From Breoghania sp. (GTDB lineage: Bacteria; Pseudomonadota; Alphaproteobacteria; Rhizobiales; Stappiaceae), in contig CAXXGA010000001.1 in NCBI GenBank assembly GCA_963678585.2, forward strand, positions 518,228 through 582,227: a stretch of DNA of 64,000 bases. The letters are read 5' to 3'. Within the stretch, counting starts at the first letter, position 1; each line of letters opens with the position of its first letter. This document shows positions 36,508 through 45,233 of this stretch, piece by piece. The position numbers and the translations under genes were made by a program. Below the pieces are notes generated by a model, which did not search any database, was not told the origin of the DNA, and saw only the letters and a program-made list of their open reading frames with translations.

Positions 36508-38142
36508 ATGGCCATTGCACCGAGATTAGAGGTTCGCCAGAGCCAGTCCCTTGTGATGACGCCCCAGCTGATGCAGGCCATCAAGCTGTTGCAGTTGTCC
36601 AATCTGGATCTGGTCGCCTATGTGGACGCCGAACTGGAACGCAATCCGTTGCTGGAACGCAACGAGGGCGACGATGCGCCTGCGGGCTCCGGCGAAGGCG
36701 AGGCAGCGGGCGCGGAGCGCGGCGAGACGGGCGAAGGCGGACGCGACGATTTTTCGGGCGGCGAGACGACCGGCGAGTCGGGAAGCCGCGAAACTGCGGG
36801 CGATGAAGGCGGCCCGGATATGGCCGCTTCGGATATGGCCGGTTCCGACGATGGATCGGAGTGGATCGGAGCGGAGATCGACCGCGAACCCGGGGCAGTT
36901 GCCGAGAAGCTCGATACCGACTTCGAGAATGTCTATCAGGGCGACAGCCAGGCCGATGCGGTGCCCGATCCGGGCGCGCTGGCGGGCGATCCCTGGCAGC
37001 AGGGCGGCGGGCGCGGCGCAGCGCTTTCCGAAGACTACAATCTGGAAAGCTTTGTTGCGGAAGAGGAAACGCTCGCAGACCATGTGAGCGCACAGATGAC
37101 GCTTCTGCTTACCGACCCGGTGGACCGGCTCATCGCGGGAAATCTGATCGACAATCTGGACGAGGCCGGATACCTGCGCACGAGTGTCGGCGAAGTGGCG
37201 GAGAGGCTGGGGGCGGAACCCGAGCGCGTCACGGCGGTCCTGACGCAATTGCAGACGCTGGAGCCCATCGGCGTCTTTGCCCGCAATCTGGCGGAGTGCC
37301 TGCGCCTGCAATTGCAGGAGAAGAACCGCTACGACCCCGCCATGGCCGCCCTTCTGGACAATATCGAGTTGCTGGCCAAGCGCGATATCTCAGCCCTTAA
37401 GAAACTTTGCCGGGTAGATGACGAGGATCTCTCGGAGATGATCCAGGAGATCCGGGCGCTCAACCCGCGCCCCGGCAGCGCTTTCGGCTCCGTGCTCGTG
37501 CAGCCAATGGTACCGGACGTGATCGTGCGGCCCGGCTCCGACGGCGGTTGGGCGATCGAGCTTAACAGCGACAATTTGCCCAAGGTTCTGGTCAACCAGA
37601 CCTATTACGCGACCGTGCAGAAGACCGCGCGCGACGAGACGGAGAAGGCCTATCTGACCGATTGCCTGCAAACGGCCAACTGGCTGGTGAAGAGCCTCGA
37701 CCAGCGCGCCAAGACCATCTTGAAAGTCGCCACGGAAATCGTGCGCCAGCAGGATGCGTTTCTCACCCACGGCGTCCAGCACCTGCGGCCGCTCAACCTG
37801 CGTACCGTGGCGGACGCCATCGGCATGCACGAATCTACCGTCTCGCGGGTCACCTCCAACAAGTACATGGCGACCAACCGCGGCATATTCGAGTTCAAAT
37901 ATTTTTTCACCTCCGCAATCGCATCGTCGGAAGGCGGTGATGCGCATTCGGCCGAAGCCGTCCGTCACCGCATCCGCCAGATGATCGATCAGGAGAGTCC
38001 CAACGCGATTCTGTCGGACGACACCATCGTCACGATGCTCAAGGCGGCGGGCATCGACATCGCCCGACGGACGGTAGCCAAATATCGGGAATCCTTGCGG
38101 ATTCCATCGTCCGTCCAGCGACGGCGCGAGAAGCGCCGATAG
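36508..38142 (+). CDS. rpoN: RNA polymerase sigma-54 factor
   Basis: QSLVMTPQLMQAIKLLQLS, PLNLRTVADAIGMHESTVSRV, RpoN box ARRTVAKYRE. Confidence 0.97.
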   Translation: MAIAPRLEVRQSQSLVMTPQLMQAIKLLQLSNLDLVAYVDAELERNPLLERNEGDDAPAGSGEGEAAGAERGETGEGGRDDFSGGETTGESGSRETAGDEGGPDMAASDMAGSDDGSEWIGAEIDREPGAVAEKLDTDFENVYQGDSQADAVPDPGALAGDPWQQGGGRGAALSEDYNLESFVAEEETLADHVSAQMTLLLTDPVDRLIAGNLIDNLDEAGYLRTSVGEVAERLGAEPERVTAVLTQLQTLEPIGVFARNLAECLRLQLQEKNRYDPAMAALLDNIELLAKRDISALKKLCRVDDEDLSEMIQEIRALNPRPGSAFGSVLVQPMVPDVIVRPGSDGGWAIELNSDNLPKVLVNQTYYATVQKTARDETEKAYLTDCLQTANWLVKSLDQRAKTILKVATEIVRQQDAFLTHGVQHLRPLNLRTVADAIGMHESTVSRVTSNKYMATNRGIFEFKYFFTSAIASSEGGDAHSAEAVRHRIRQMIDQESPNAILSDDTIVTMLKAAGIDIARRTVAKYRESLRIPSSVQRRREKRR

Positions 38143-38409
38143 GCCTATTTTCCAGACATATTCCCCGCTCTTTCTGAACATGCCGTCGCGGCTACATGGC
38201 AGCTACGGGCGACCACGATTGACTTCGTGAACGCGCCGACATAGAAGTCCGGGCTCGTTTCGACGGGCCAACCTCACGCGACAGAAGATGCGGCACTTGG
38301 GGAGCGGTCGTGATATCCTGCTCTTGCCGCAGATAGCGGTTCGGACAGGTCGCCAGACGAATTCGGGCGGGCCTGTTCTGGTCGATCAAGACAAAGTCAG
38401 AGGAACTCC

Positions 38410-38991
38410 ATGACCTTGCGGATTTCGGGAAAGAACGTCGACATCGGCGATTCCATGCGCACGCATGCAGAACAGAGGATCGATGAGGCGCTTTCCAAGT
38501 ATTTCGATGGCGGTTATGACGCCACCGTTACGCTCGGACGCGAAGGATCGGGCTATCGTTCGGAGTGCAAGATCCGGCTCGACACCGGCATTGTGCTTCA
38601 GGCATCGGCGGAATCGCCGGACCCCCGCGCGAGTTTCGACCAGGCAGCGGATCGTATCGAGAAGCGTCTGCGCCGCTACAAGCGCAAGCTGAAGGATCAC
38701 ACGTCCGCGGGCACTGTACGTGCCGTGACCGAAGCAACCTCCTACGTGCTCGCCTCTCCTGAAGAGGAAGAAGAGGTTGAAGAGAACTTCAATCCTGTCG
38801 TCATCGCGGAAACGCCGTCGCGCGTTCGCACGCTGACCGTCGGCATGGCCGTCATGGAACTGGACCTGTCCGAAGCGGCAGTCGTCATGTTCCGCAATGC
38901 CGGCACGGGCGGCCTGAACGTCGTCTATCGCCGCAACGACGGGAATATCGGTTGGATCGACCCCTCTCTTTCAGAGACACCGGCATCCTGA
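38410..38991 (+). CDS. hpf: Ribosome hibernation promoting factor (long HPF/RaiA)
   Basis: LRISGKNVDIGDSMR, EKRLRRYKRKLK, C-terminal VFRN...GLNVVYRRNDGNIGWIDP. Confidence 0.93.
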   Translation: MTLRISGKNVDIGDSMRTHAEQRIDEALSKYFDGGYDATVTLGREGSGYRSECKIRLDTGIVLQASAESPDPRASFDQAADRIEKRLRRYKRKLKDHTSAGTVRAVTEATSYVLASPEEEEEVEENFNPVVIAETPSRVRTLTVGMAVMELDLSEAAVVMFRNAGTGGLNVVYRRNDGNIGWIDPSLSETPAS

Positions 38992-39061
38992 CCTGATAAC
39001 AGGCACCAAGGTCGCCCGCGCGCACCTCGGTACGCGCGGCGACCATATACGGGCTTACATT

Positions 39062-39526
39062 ATGGATTTGAGCGACCTCATCACGGCAGACGCCATCATT
39101 CCGGCGCTCAAGGTGAACAGCAAGAAGCAGGTCATCCAGGAACTGGCCGCCAAGGCAGCCAGCATCACGGACCTGCCGGAACGCGACATCTTCGACACCC
39201 TGCTGCAGCGCGAACGTCTGGGCTCCACCGGCGTGGGCCACGGCATCGCCATCCCGCACGGCAAGCCGGTGACGCTGAAGCGCCTCGTGGGCGTCTTCGC
39301 GCGCCTTGAACGCCCGATCGATTTCGATGCGCTGGACGACCAGCCGGTGGATCTCGTATTTCTGCTGCTGGCGCCCGAAGGCGCCGGAGCCGATCACCTG
39401 AAAGCGCTCGCCCGCGTCGCGCGTCTCCTGCGCGATCCCGGCGTCGCTGCGAAACTGCGCGCCAGCAACGATGCAGCCGCGATCTACGCGCTGCTCACCC
39501 AGCCAAATGCATCCAACGCGGCCTGA
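39062..39526 (+). CDS. ptsN: PTS nitrogen regulatory IIA component
   Basis: LLQRERLGSTGVGHGIAIPHG, DFDALDDQPVDLVFLLLAP, HLKALARVAR. Confidence 0.96.
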   Translation: MDLSDLITADAIIPALKVNSKKQVIQELAAKAASITDLPERDIFDTLLQRERLGSTGVGHGIAIPHGKPVTLKRLVGVFARLERPIDFDALDDQPVDLVFLLLAPEGAGADHLKALARVARLLRDPGVAAKLRASNDAAAIYALLTQPNASNAA

Positions 39527-39554
39527 CATCTCCGGCTGACGATCCCCGACAGAC

Positions 39555-39586
39555 GGTCACCAACTGGCGATCACCAGCTGGTGATC
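39555..39586. repeat. Tandem 14-bp repeat forming an 18-bp perfect palindrome
   Basis: GGTCACCAACTGGC|GATCACCAGCTGGT|GATC; 39569-39586 GATCACCAGCTGGTGATC is self-complementary. Confidence 0.7.
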
Positions 39587-39656
39587 TCCGGAAGGATCTC
39601 CCCTTCTCAAGCACCGCCCGGCAACGGCCTTTTCTGGCGCATTCGGACTTTGCCGA

Positions 39657-39687
39657 AAATAAAGGCGGCACCGTCTCCGGTGCCGCC
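39657..39687 (-). terminator. Intrinsic terminator downstream of the ibpA-DUF1150 unit
   Basis: GGCGGCACCG-TCTC-CGGTGCCGCC stem followed on the minus strand by TTTATTTT. Confidence 0.7.
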
Positions 39688-39792
39688 CTGGTGCAGAACG
39701 TTCTTTACTTCAGACCCGAAATTGCAGGCACCGGGCCTTCCCCTCGCCCGATGCGCGTTCAGTACACGGCGGATGCCAGTACACGGCAGATG

Positions 39793-40044
39793 TCAGTGCA
39801 CGCTGACAGGGGTCAGCTCGTTTTCCACCGCGTTGGCCACGATGGCATCGCGGCTGTCTGAAAGCATGATGGGAGAACCGTCGGCCCCAAGAAGAGCCCA
39901 CAGCTTCAGCCCGCGCTCCATCTGCGGCGCGGTCGGGAAGATCGCGTTGATATCCTCGGAACGCAACTGCCGGATATAGGCGATATGACCGTCGCCCAGA
40001 TTGGCAAATGCCTCGGAATTGATGTGCTTCAGGTTATCGGTCAT
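39793..40044 (-). CDS. DUF1150-family small protein
   Basis: AFANLGDGHIAYIR, LWAL.GADGSPIML.D, VSVH end; directly downstream of a small HSP gene. Confidence 0.8.
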   Translation of the reverse strand: MTDNLKHINSEAFANLGDGHIAYIRQLRSEDINAIFPTAPQMERGLKLWALLGADGSPIMLSDSRDAIVANAVENELTPVSVH

Positions 40045-40148
40045 CAGTGATCCCTCCTGGGTTGAACTGCCCGATAAAGGAATTATGCCACCAACCTTGT
40101 CCCCGGCCGCCTTCGATGCGGCCGCGTGCGCGGTCGGATTCAGATCCT

Positions 40149-40580
40149 TCAATCGTGTGCGGAGATCGCTATGCGCCGCACGGTCTTTTCCGGCTCGGGC
40201 CGGACAAGGTCGATAGAAAGAAGGCCGTCCTTCAAATCGGCACCCAAGATCACGATGCCTTCCGCCAGAACGAATGTTCGCTGGAACTGCCGGGCGGCGA
40301 TGCCGCGGTGCAGGTACTGGCGGTTGTTTTCCTCGGTCTGCCGACCGCGGATGACGAGCTGGTTTTCCTCCACCGTCACATCGAGCTGGTCGCTGGTGAA
40401 CCCGGCAACCGCAAGCGTGATGCGGAGAATTTCGCCCTGCTCCCCGTCACGCGGGAGCCGCTCGATATTATAGGGCGGATAGCCGTCGTTGGTTGCCTTC
40501 GACACCCGATCCAAAACCCGTTCGATATCGTCGAAACCAAGCAGCAGCGGGCTCGAAAACGCCGAAAGACGCGACATCAT
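40149..40580 (-). CDS. ibpA: Small heat-shock protein (Hsp20/IbpA)
   Basis: SPLLLGFD, YPPYNIE, LAVAGF, YLHRGIAARQFQRTFVLA, ADLKDGLLSIDL; start ATG 40580 or 40577. Confidence 0.93.
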   Translation of the reverse strand: MMSRLSAFSSPLLLGFDDIERVLDRVSKATNDGYPPYNIERLPRDGEQGEILRITLAVAGFTSDQLDVTVEENQLVIRGRQTEENNRQYLHRGIAARQFQRTFVLAEGIVILGADLKDGLLSIDLVRPEPEKTVRRIAISAHD

Positions 40581-40583
40581 CAA

Positions 40584-40648
40584 AGTCCTTTTCTAAGCGA
40601 CCTTGTTTCAGCAATCCTGCTGAACCGGACCCGAATTCGGCATCCGGA
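40584..40648 (-). ncRNA. ROSE-like RNA thermometer in the ibpA 5' UTR
   Basis: SD-sequestering hairpin GGUC(G)CU-UAGAAA-AGGACU with the bulged G of U(U/C)GCU opposite AGGA; two upstream hairpins (UUCAGCA-GGAU-UGCUGAA; CCGGA..CCGAAUUCGG..UCCGG). Confidence 0.75.
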
Positions 40649-40676
40649 CGGACCTCGCGGCCCGCTTCGCATCTAA

Positions 40677-40705
40677 ATATGGGCAGTTTGTCGGCACTGT
40701 TCAAG
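40677..40705 (-). promoter_or_regulatory. RpoH (sigma32) promoter of ibpA
   Basis: Minus strand CTTGAA-N16-CCCATAT. Confidence 0.8.
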
Positions 40706-40851
40706 AATGTGGCCGCCGCCATCGCGCGTCCACACGTGGAAACGGCCAAACGGCGGGGTTCTGCCGCAGCCCGTGCCGCATCTATCCACACATGTTCACT
40801 CAAAGACCGCAGGCTCGCCAAAGCTACGGGCAACAGCCGCATCGTCGCGCG

Positions 40852-41619
40852 CTAGTATCCATACCCGCCATAGTCTCCGTTACCCCCGAAATTGTCGTTG
40901 TGGTCATCATCCGTCTGGGTCCCGTCGCTCTTGCCGCTGTCGCGCGCCGGTGCATGAACCGCAGGACTGACACCGCACACGGAAGTCGCACGGAACTGTC
41001 GCCACAGGCGGGGCTGTTCGGCAAGCAAGGGGAAGTCGGCAGCCAGATCCGCGGCGGCACGTCGGCTGATCCCGGAAACCCCGCGAGTCACGATAACGCC
41101 GGTGCAGGGTTCGGTGACCAGACGACATCCGCCGCCGCGCCGACACACCTGCGCGCTGCCATGGAGCAGCAGGAAGGCCGTTCGGTTGGCTGTGTGCGTG
41201 ACATCGACCACCGTGCCGCGAATGCCGACGATGGCCACGGGCGTCGTGATGGAAACGCGGTCCTGACCGGGCCGGTTGCCGGAGCCCAGGAAGCGAAGAG
41301 TGCCTTTCGTCAGGTTCATGCGCGCGCGCACCGCGCCGCCCTTGTAGACGAATTCATCCAGAACCACATCGCTGCCCGCGCCCACCACGAAGCGGGAGCC
41401 GTCTATCAGACGGAACTGGCCATTGGCCGCAGGGCGGGCACGGATGCGCTCCTTGAAATGAACGTCGCTTCCCGCTGAAAGAGCCCGCACGGGAGACGGA
41501 CGCACTTCGCCGGTGACCGACCCGGTGACGGCGAATGCGGAGCCGATCCGCTCTGCAGACTGTGCAGAGCTTGCCGCAGCTATCGCCACGACCAGCCCAG
41601 GGAGAAGTTTACGGATCAC
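40852..41619 (-). CDS. Secreted FecR-domain protein
   Basis: GTG start with SD GAGGAG; signal peptide; DGSRFVVGAGSDVVLDEFVY, L.KGTLRF, ITTP.A.VGIRGT; acidic/Gly-rich tail. Confidence 0.75.
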   Translation of the reverse strand: MIRKLLPGLVVAIAAASSAQSAERIGSAFAVTGSVTGEVRPSPVRALSAGSDVHFKERIRARPAANGQFRLIDGSRFVVGAGSDVVLDEFVYKGGAVRARMNLTKGTLRFLGSGNRPGQDRVSITTPVAIVGIRGTVVDVTHTANRTAFLLLHGSAQVCRRGGGCRLVTEPCTGVIVTRGVSGISRRAAADLAADFPLLAEQPRLWRQFRATSVCGVSPAVHAPARDSGKSDGTQTDDDHNDNFGGNGDYGGYGY

Positions 41620-41813
41620 GACAGGCCCTCCTCGAAGAACCAGGCCGGTCGCGCCGCATCGCATCTGCAGCGAAGGGCGCAACGGCCTGTATGACAGACT
41701 TCGGACCCCATATTCGCCAAACCGGCATCGCCGATCTGTGCTCCTGATCACCCAAGGTCAGTTTCCTGCCCTTGCGGCATTTTCGAAACTCAAAAGGCTG
41801 TGATCCCCGGTCC

Positions 41814-41849
41814 CAAAAAGAGAAAGCCGCGGCAGGAACCGCGGCTTTC
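41814..41849 (-). terminator. Intrinsic terminator downstream of pcaF
   Basis: GAAAGCCGCGG-CAGGAA-CCGCGGCTTTC followed on the minus strand by TCTTTTT. Confidence 0.75.
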
Positions 41850-41879
41850 CGAAAATTCAGCGATACGGGGCAGAAGCCG

Positions 41880-43085
41880 TCAGACGGCTTCCACCGCACA
41901 GGCGATGCCCTGGCCGACGCCGATGCACATGGTGGCGAGCGCCCGCTTTGCACCGCGCAGCTTCAACTCCAGCGCCGCCGTGCCAGCGATACGCGCACCC
42001 GACATGCCGAGCGGATGGCCAAGCGCAATCGCCCCACCGTTGGGATTGACATAATCCGCGTCCGGGGCCACGCCCAGATCGCGCAGCACCGCGATACCCT
42101 GCGAGGCGAAGGCCTCGTTCAGCTCGATGATATCGAAATCACCGATCGAAAGACCGAGCCGCGCCATCAGCTTCTTGGACGCAGGTGCCGGGCCGATGCC
42201 CATGATGCGCGGGGGAACGCCCGCCGCCGCACCGCCCAGAATGCGGGCAATCGGCGTGAGGCCGTATTTCTTCACCGCCGCTTCGGAGGCGATGATGAGG
42301 CCCGCCGCACCGTCATTGACGCCTGAGGCGTTGCCCGCCGTGACCGACCCGTTCTGGCGGAACGGGGTGGGGAGCTTGCCGAGCGTTTCCACCGTGGTGC
42401 CGGGACGCGGATGCTCGTCCTTGTCGACGACGACCGGATCGCCCTTGCGCTGCGGGATCGTGACGGAGACGATTTCCTTCGCCAGCCGCCCGTTTTCCTG
42501 TGCCGCAACGGCCTTGTTCTGCGAGCGCACGGCAAAGGCGTCCTGATCGGCGCGCGCGACGCCGAAGTCGGCGGCGACGTTCTCACCGGTCTCGGGCATG
42601 GAATCGACGCCGTACTGCTTCTTCAGCACCGGATTGACGAAACGCCAGCCGATGGTGGTGTCGTAGATTTCGGCATGACGCGAGAAGGCGCTGGTCGCCT
42701 TGGGCATGACGAAGGGCGCGCGCGACATGGATTCCACGCCGCCTGCGATCACCAGTTCCGCCTCACCCGCCTTGATCATGCGCGAGGCTGCGAGCATGGC
42801 GTCCATGCCGGAACCGCACAGGCGGTTGATGGTGGTGCCGGGAACGCATTCCGGCATGCCGGCCAGAAGAACCGCCATGCGGGCGACGTTGCGATTGTCC
42901 TCGCCCGCCTGGTTGGCGCATCCCATGATCACGTCGTCAACCGCCTCGAAATCGATGGACGGGTTGCGCTCCATCAGGGCCTTGAGGGGCACGGCGGCAA
43001 GATCGTCGGCGCGCACCGCACTCAATGCGCCGCCGAAACGGCCGATGGGGGTGCGGATATAATCGACGATATAGGCTTCACTCAT
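41880..43085 (-). CDS. pcaF: 3-oxoadipyl-CoA thiolase
   Basis: GCANQAGEDNRNVARM, NRLCGSG, AGNASGVNDGA, ELNEAFA, GAIALGHPLGMSG, TMCIGVGQG. Confidence 0.93.
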   Translation of the reverse strand: MSEAYIVDYIRTPIGRFGGALSAVRADDLAAVPLKALMERNPSIDFEAVDDVIMGCANQAGEDNRNVARMAVLLAGMPECVPGTTINRLCGSGMDAMLAASRMIKAGEAELVIAGGVESMSRAPFVMPKATSAFSRHAEIYDTTIGWRFVNPVLKKQYGVDSMPETGENVAADFGVARADQDAFAVRSQNKAVAAQENGRLAKEIVSVTIPQRKGDPVVVDKDEHPRPGTTVETLGKLPTPFRQNGSVTAGNASGVNDGAAGLIIASEAAVKKYGLTPIARILGGAAAGVPPRIMGIGPAPASKKLMARLGLSIGDFDIIELNEAFASQGIAVLRDLGVAPDADYVNPNGGAIALGHPLGMSGARIAGTAALELKLRGAKRALATMCIGVGQGIACAVEAV

Positions 43086-43190
43086 GATGTTTTGCTTTCC
43101 TCTCACGGCCAGTCCTCTCCGGCCGTCGCTTACCGGCCGCGCACGACGCCTGGCGCGCGCGGCGATTTTCTCGTTTGCTCGCTCGCCCGT

Positions 43191-43964
43191 TCAGGCCTGA
43201 TCGCCGTGAGCCGCCGCGGTGCGGGCGTTCAGCGCACGCAGCACCTCAAGCTCGTCCGCGCCGGGAGCCGGGGTCTCTTCGATTTCATCGGCGAAGCGGA
43301 TCGCCCAACCGGTCGCGTCCGTGATCTCCTGCCGGGTCACGCCGGGGTGGATGGAGACCACGCAGAATTCCTTGGTTTCCGGATCGGGCCGCATCACGCA
43401 CAGATCGGTGACGATCATGTTCGGGCCCTTGGTGGTGACGCCGAGGTCCTGACGCGAATTGTAGCCCTCGCCATGACCGAGCGAGGTACGGAAGGAGAGT
43501 TTGTCGACGAAGCTGCGCTTGCCCTGTTTCATGACGATGAAGATCTGACCGCAAGACGTGGCGATCTCGGGCGCGCCGCCGCCGCCGGGAAGGCGGACCT
43601 TCGGGTTGTCGTAATCGCCGATCACGGTGGAATTGATATTGCCGTACTTGTCGATTTCCGCCCCGCCCAGGAAGCCAACGCTGATGCGCCCGCCCTGCAG
43701 CCAGTAGCGGAACATTTCCGGCACCGCGACCGTGGTGAGTGCAGTCTCGCAAAGCTCGCCGTCGCCGATGGACAGCGGCAGAACCTCCGGACGGGTGCCG
43801 ATGGTGCCGGATTCGTAAATCAGCGTGATATCCGGGGCATGGGTCAGCCGGGCCAGATTACAGGCCGCCGACGGCATGCCGATCCCGACGAAACACACGT
43901 CGTCATTGGACAGGGCCCGCGCGGCGGCAACCGTCATCATTTCGGTGGAAGTGTAATCCATCAT
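43191..43964 (-). CDS. pcaJ: 3-oxoadipate CoA-transferase subunit B (glutaconate CoA-transferase-like)
   Basis: FVGIGMPS..C.LA..THAP, IYESG, FLGGAEIDKYGNINST, RLPGGGGA. Confidence 0.88.
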   Translation of the reverse strand: MMDYTSTEMMTVAAARALSNDDVCFVGIGMPSAACNLARLTHAPDITLIYESGTIGTRPEVLPLSIGDGELCETALTTVAVPEMFRYWLQGGRISVGFLGGAEIDKYGNINSTVIGDYDNPKVRLPGGGGAPEIATSCGQIFIVMKQGKRSFVDKLSFRTSLGHGEGYNSRQDLGVTTKGPNMIVTDLCVMRPDPETKEFCVVSIHPGVTRQEITDATGWAIRFADEIEETPAPGADELEVLRALNARTAAAHGDQA

Positions 43965-43972
43965 CGCCTCCC

Positions 43973-44836
43973 TCACGCCGACTGCCCGGACATTGACTGA
44001 CCAACATGGACGGCGAAGGCCTCCGGGCCCTGCTCCATGACGTTCTTCTGCATCCATGCGGTGAAGCTGTCGCGATCGCGCGCAATCGCGTCCCAGCGCT
44101 TGTAGAAGACGTTGTCCCGCGGATAGACCCCCTGCACATAGGAGGGATGCGCCCCGCCCGGCACTTCGACCACCGCAGAGACGGTCCAGCCCGGCAACAC
44201 GCAGGAATTTGGCGAGGCCGGAGCCAGATCCTCGACGATTTCCTCAACCGTCACGATGGAACGTTTGGCCGCCAGAACCGCTTCCTTCTGCACACCGACA
44301 ATACCCTCGATCAGCACGTTGCCCTGCCGGTCGGCGCGGTTGGCGTGGATGATCGCAACATCCGGACGGATGGCGGGGACGGCGGCGAGTTTCTCGCCCG
44401 TGAAGGGGCAGGTGACAGACTTGATGTTCGGATTGACCTTGGCGAGATCCGCGCCGCGATAGCCGCGGAAGACCGCGCAAGGCAAACCGGCCGCCCCCGC
44501 CTCGTAGGCGTTGGCCATGGCCGCATGGCTGTGCTCTTCAAGGGTGATCGGCTTCGGCCACTGCTTCTCGACCGCGTCGCGCAGCCGGTGCAGGGAGCCG
44601 ACGCCCGGATTGCCGCCCCAGGAGAAAACCATCTTGTCCACGCAACCCATACCGATGAGCTGATCGTAGAGAATGTCCGGGGTCATGCGGATGATCGTCA
44701 GCCCCTTACGGCCCTGCCGGATCACCTCGTGACCGGCTGCATAGGGGATGAGGTGGGTAAACCCCTCCATCGCTACCGCATCGCCGTCGCGCACGAGAGC
44801 GGCGACAGCATCCTTCAAAGTCATGATACGAGCCAT
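43973..44836 (-). CDS. pcaI: 3-oxoadipate CoA-transferase subunit A (glutaconate CoA-transferase-like)
   Basis: EGFTHLIPYAAGHEVIRQG, FSWGGNPGVGSLHR, EEHSHA, ADRQGNV, PGGAHPS. Confidence 0.88.
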   Translation of the reverse strand: MARIMTLKDAVAALVRDGDAVAMEGFTHLIPYAAGHEVIRQGRKGLTIIRMTPDILYDQLIGMGCVDKMVFSWGGNPGVGSLHRLRDAVEKQWPKPITLEEHSHAAMANAYEAGAAGLPCAVFRGYRGADLAKVNPNIKSVTCPFTGEKLAAVPAIRPDVAIIHANRADRQGNVLIEGIVGVQKEAVLAAKRSIVTVEEIVEDLAPASPNSCVLPGWTVSAVVEVPGGAHPSYVQGVYPRDNVFYKRWDAIARDRDSFTAWMQKNVMEQGPEAFAVHVGQSMSGQSA

Positions 44837-45113
44837 GATACGCGTTCGTTCCTCCCTGGCAGCCCGCGACCTCAGCGCGGGCCGGACGCCCTGCCGCATT
44901 TCCGGCATGACCGTCCTCATCTTCCCCGACCGGTCTCAGACCAGCCCCGGCAGCGCAGCGAGAACGCCGCCTCCGCCCTGTCAAATAGATAACATCGCAA
45001 CCAGTCAAGACCGTTCATCGCCCGTTAGGACGCAACGTCAGGTTTTATGCGCATCATGCGCTTCCAGGCCTTGAACATTTTGCCATTTGGCGAGCAGAAA
45101 CCCAGTTGCATAT

Positions 45114-45147
45114 GTTCGTATAGCGAACTAATATTCGCATAGTGATA
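45114..45147. promoter_or_regulatory. PcaR/PobR-type operator (palindrome plus degenerate direct copy)
   Basis: GTTCG-TATAG-CGAAC (45114-45128); second copy ATTCGCATAGTGATA (45133-45147), between divergent pcaI and pcaR. Confidence 0.7.
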
Positions 45148-45233
45148 TGTTTTTGCGTCCGTGAAACGCCCGTGTCAAGCCCGTTCGGCATACGCGAGCG
45201 ACGTTGCGGACGAATTCCGGGAGGAGACCCGCG

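Noticed and set aside
38290-38305. CGGCACTTGGGGAGC as a sigma54 promoter for hpf
   Set aside because: GG-N10-GC spacing fits, but the TTGC of the -12 element is missing
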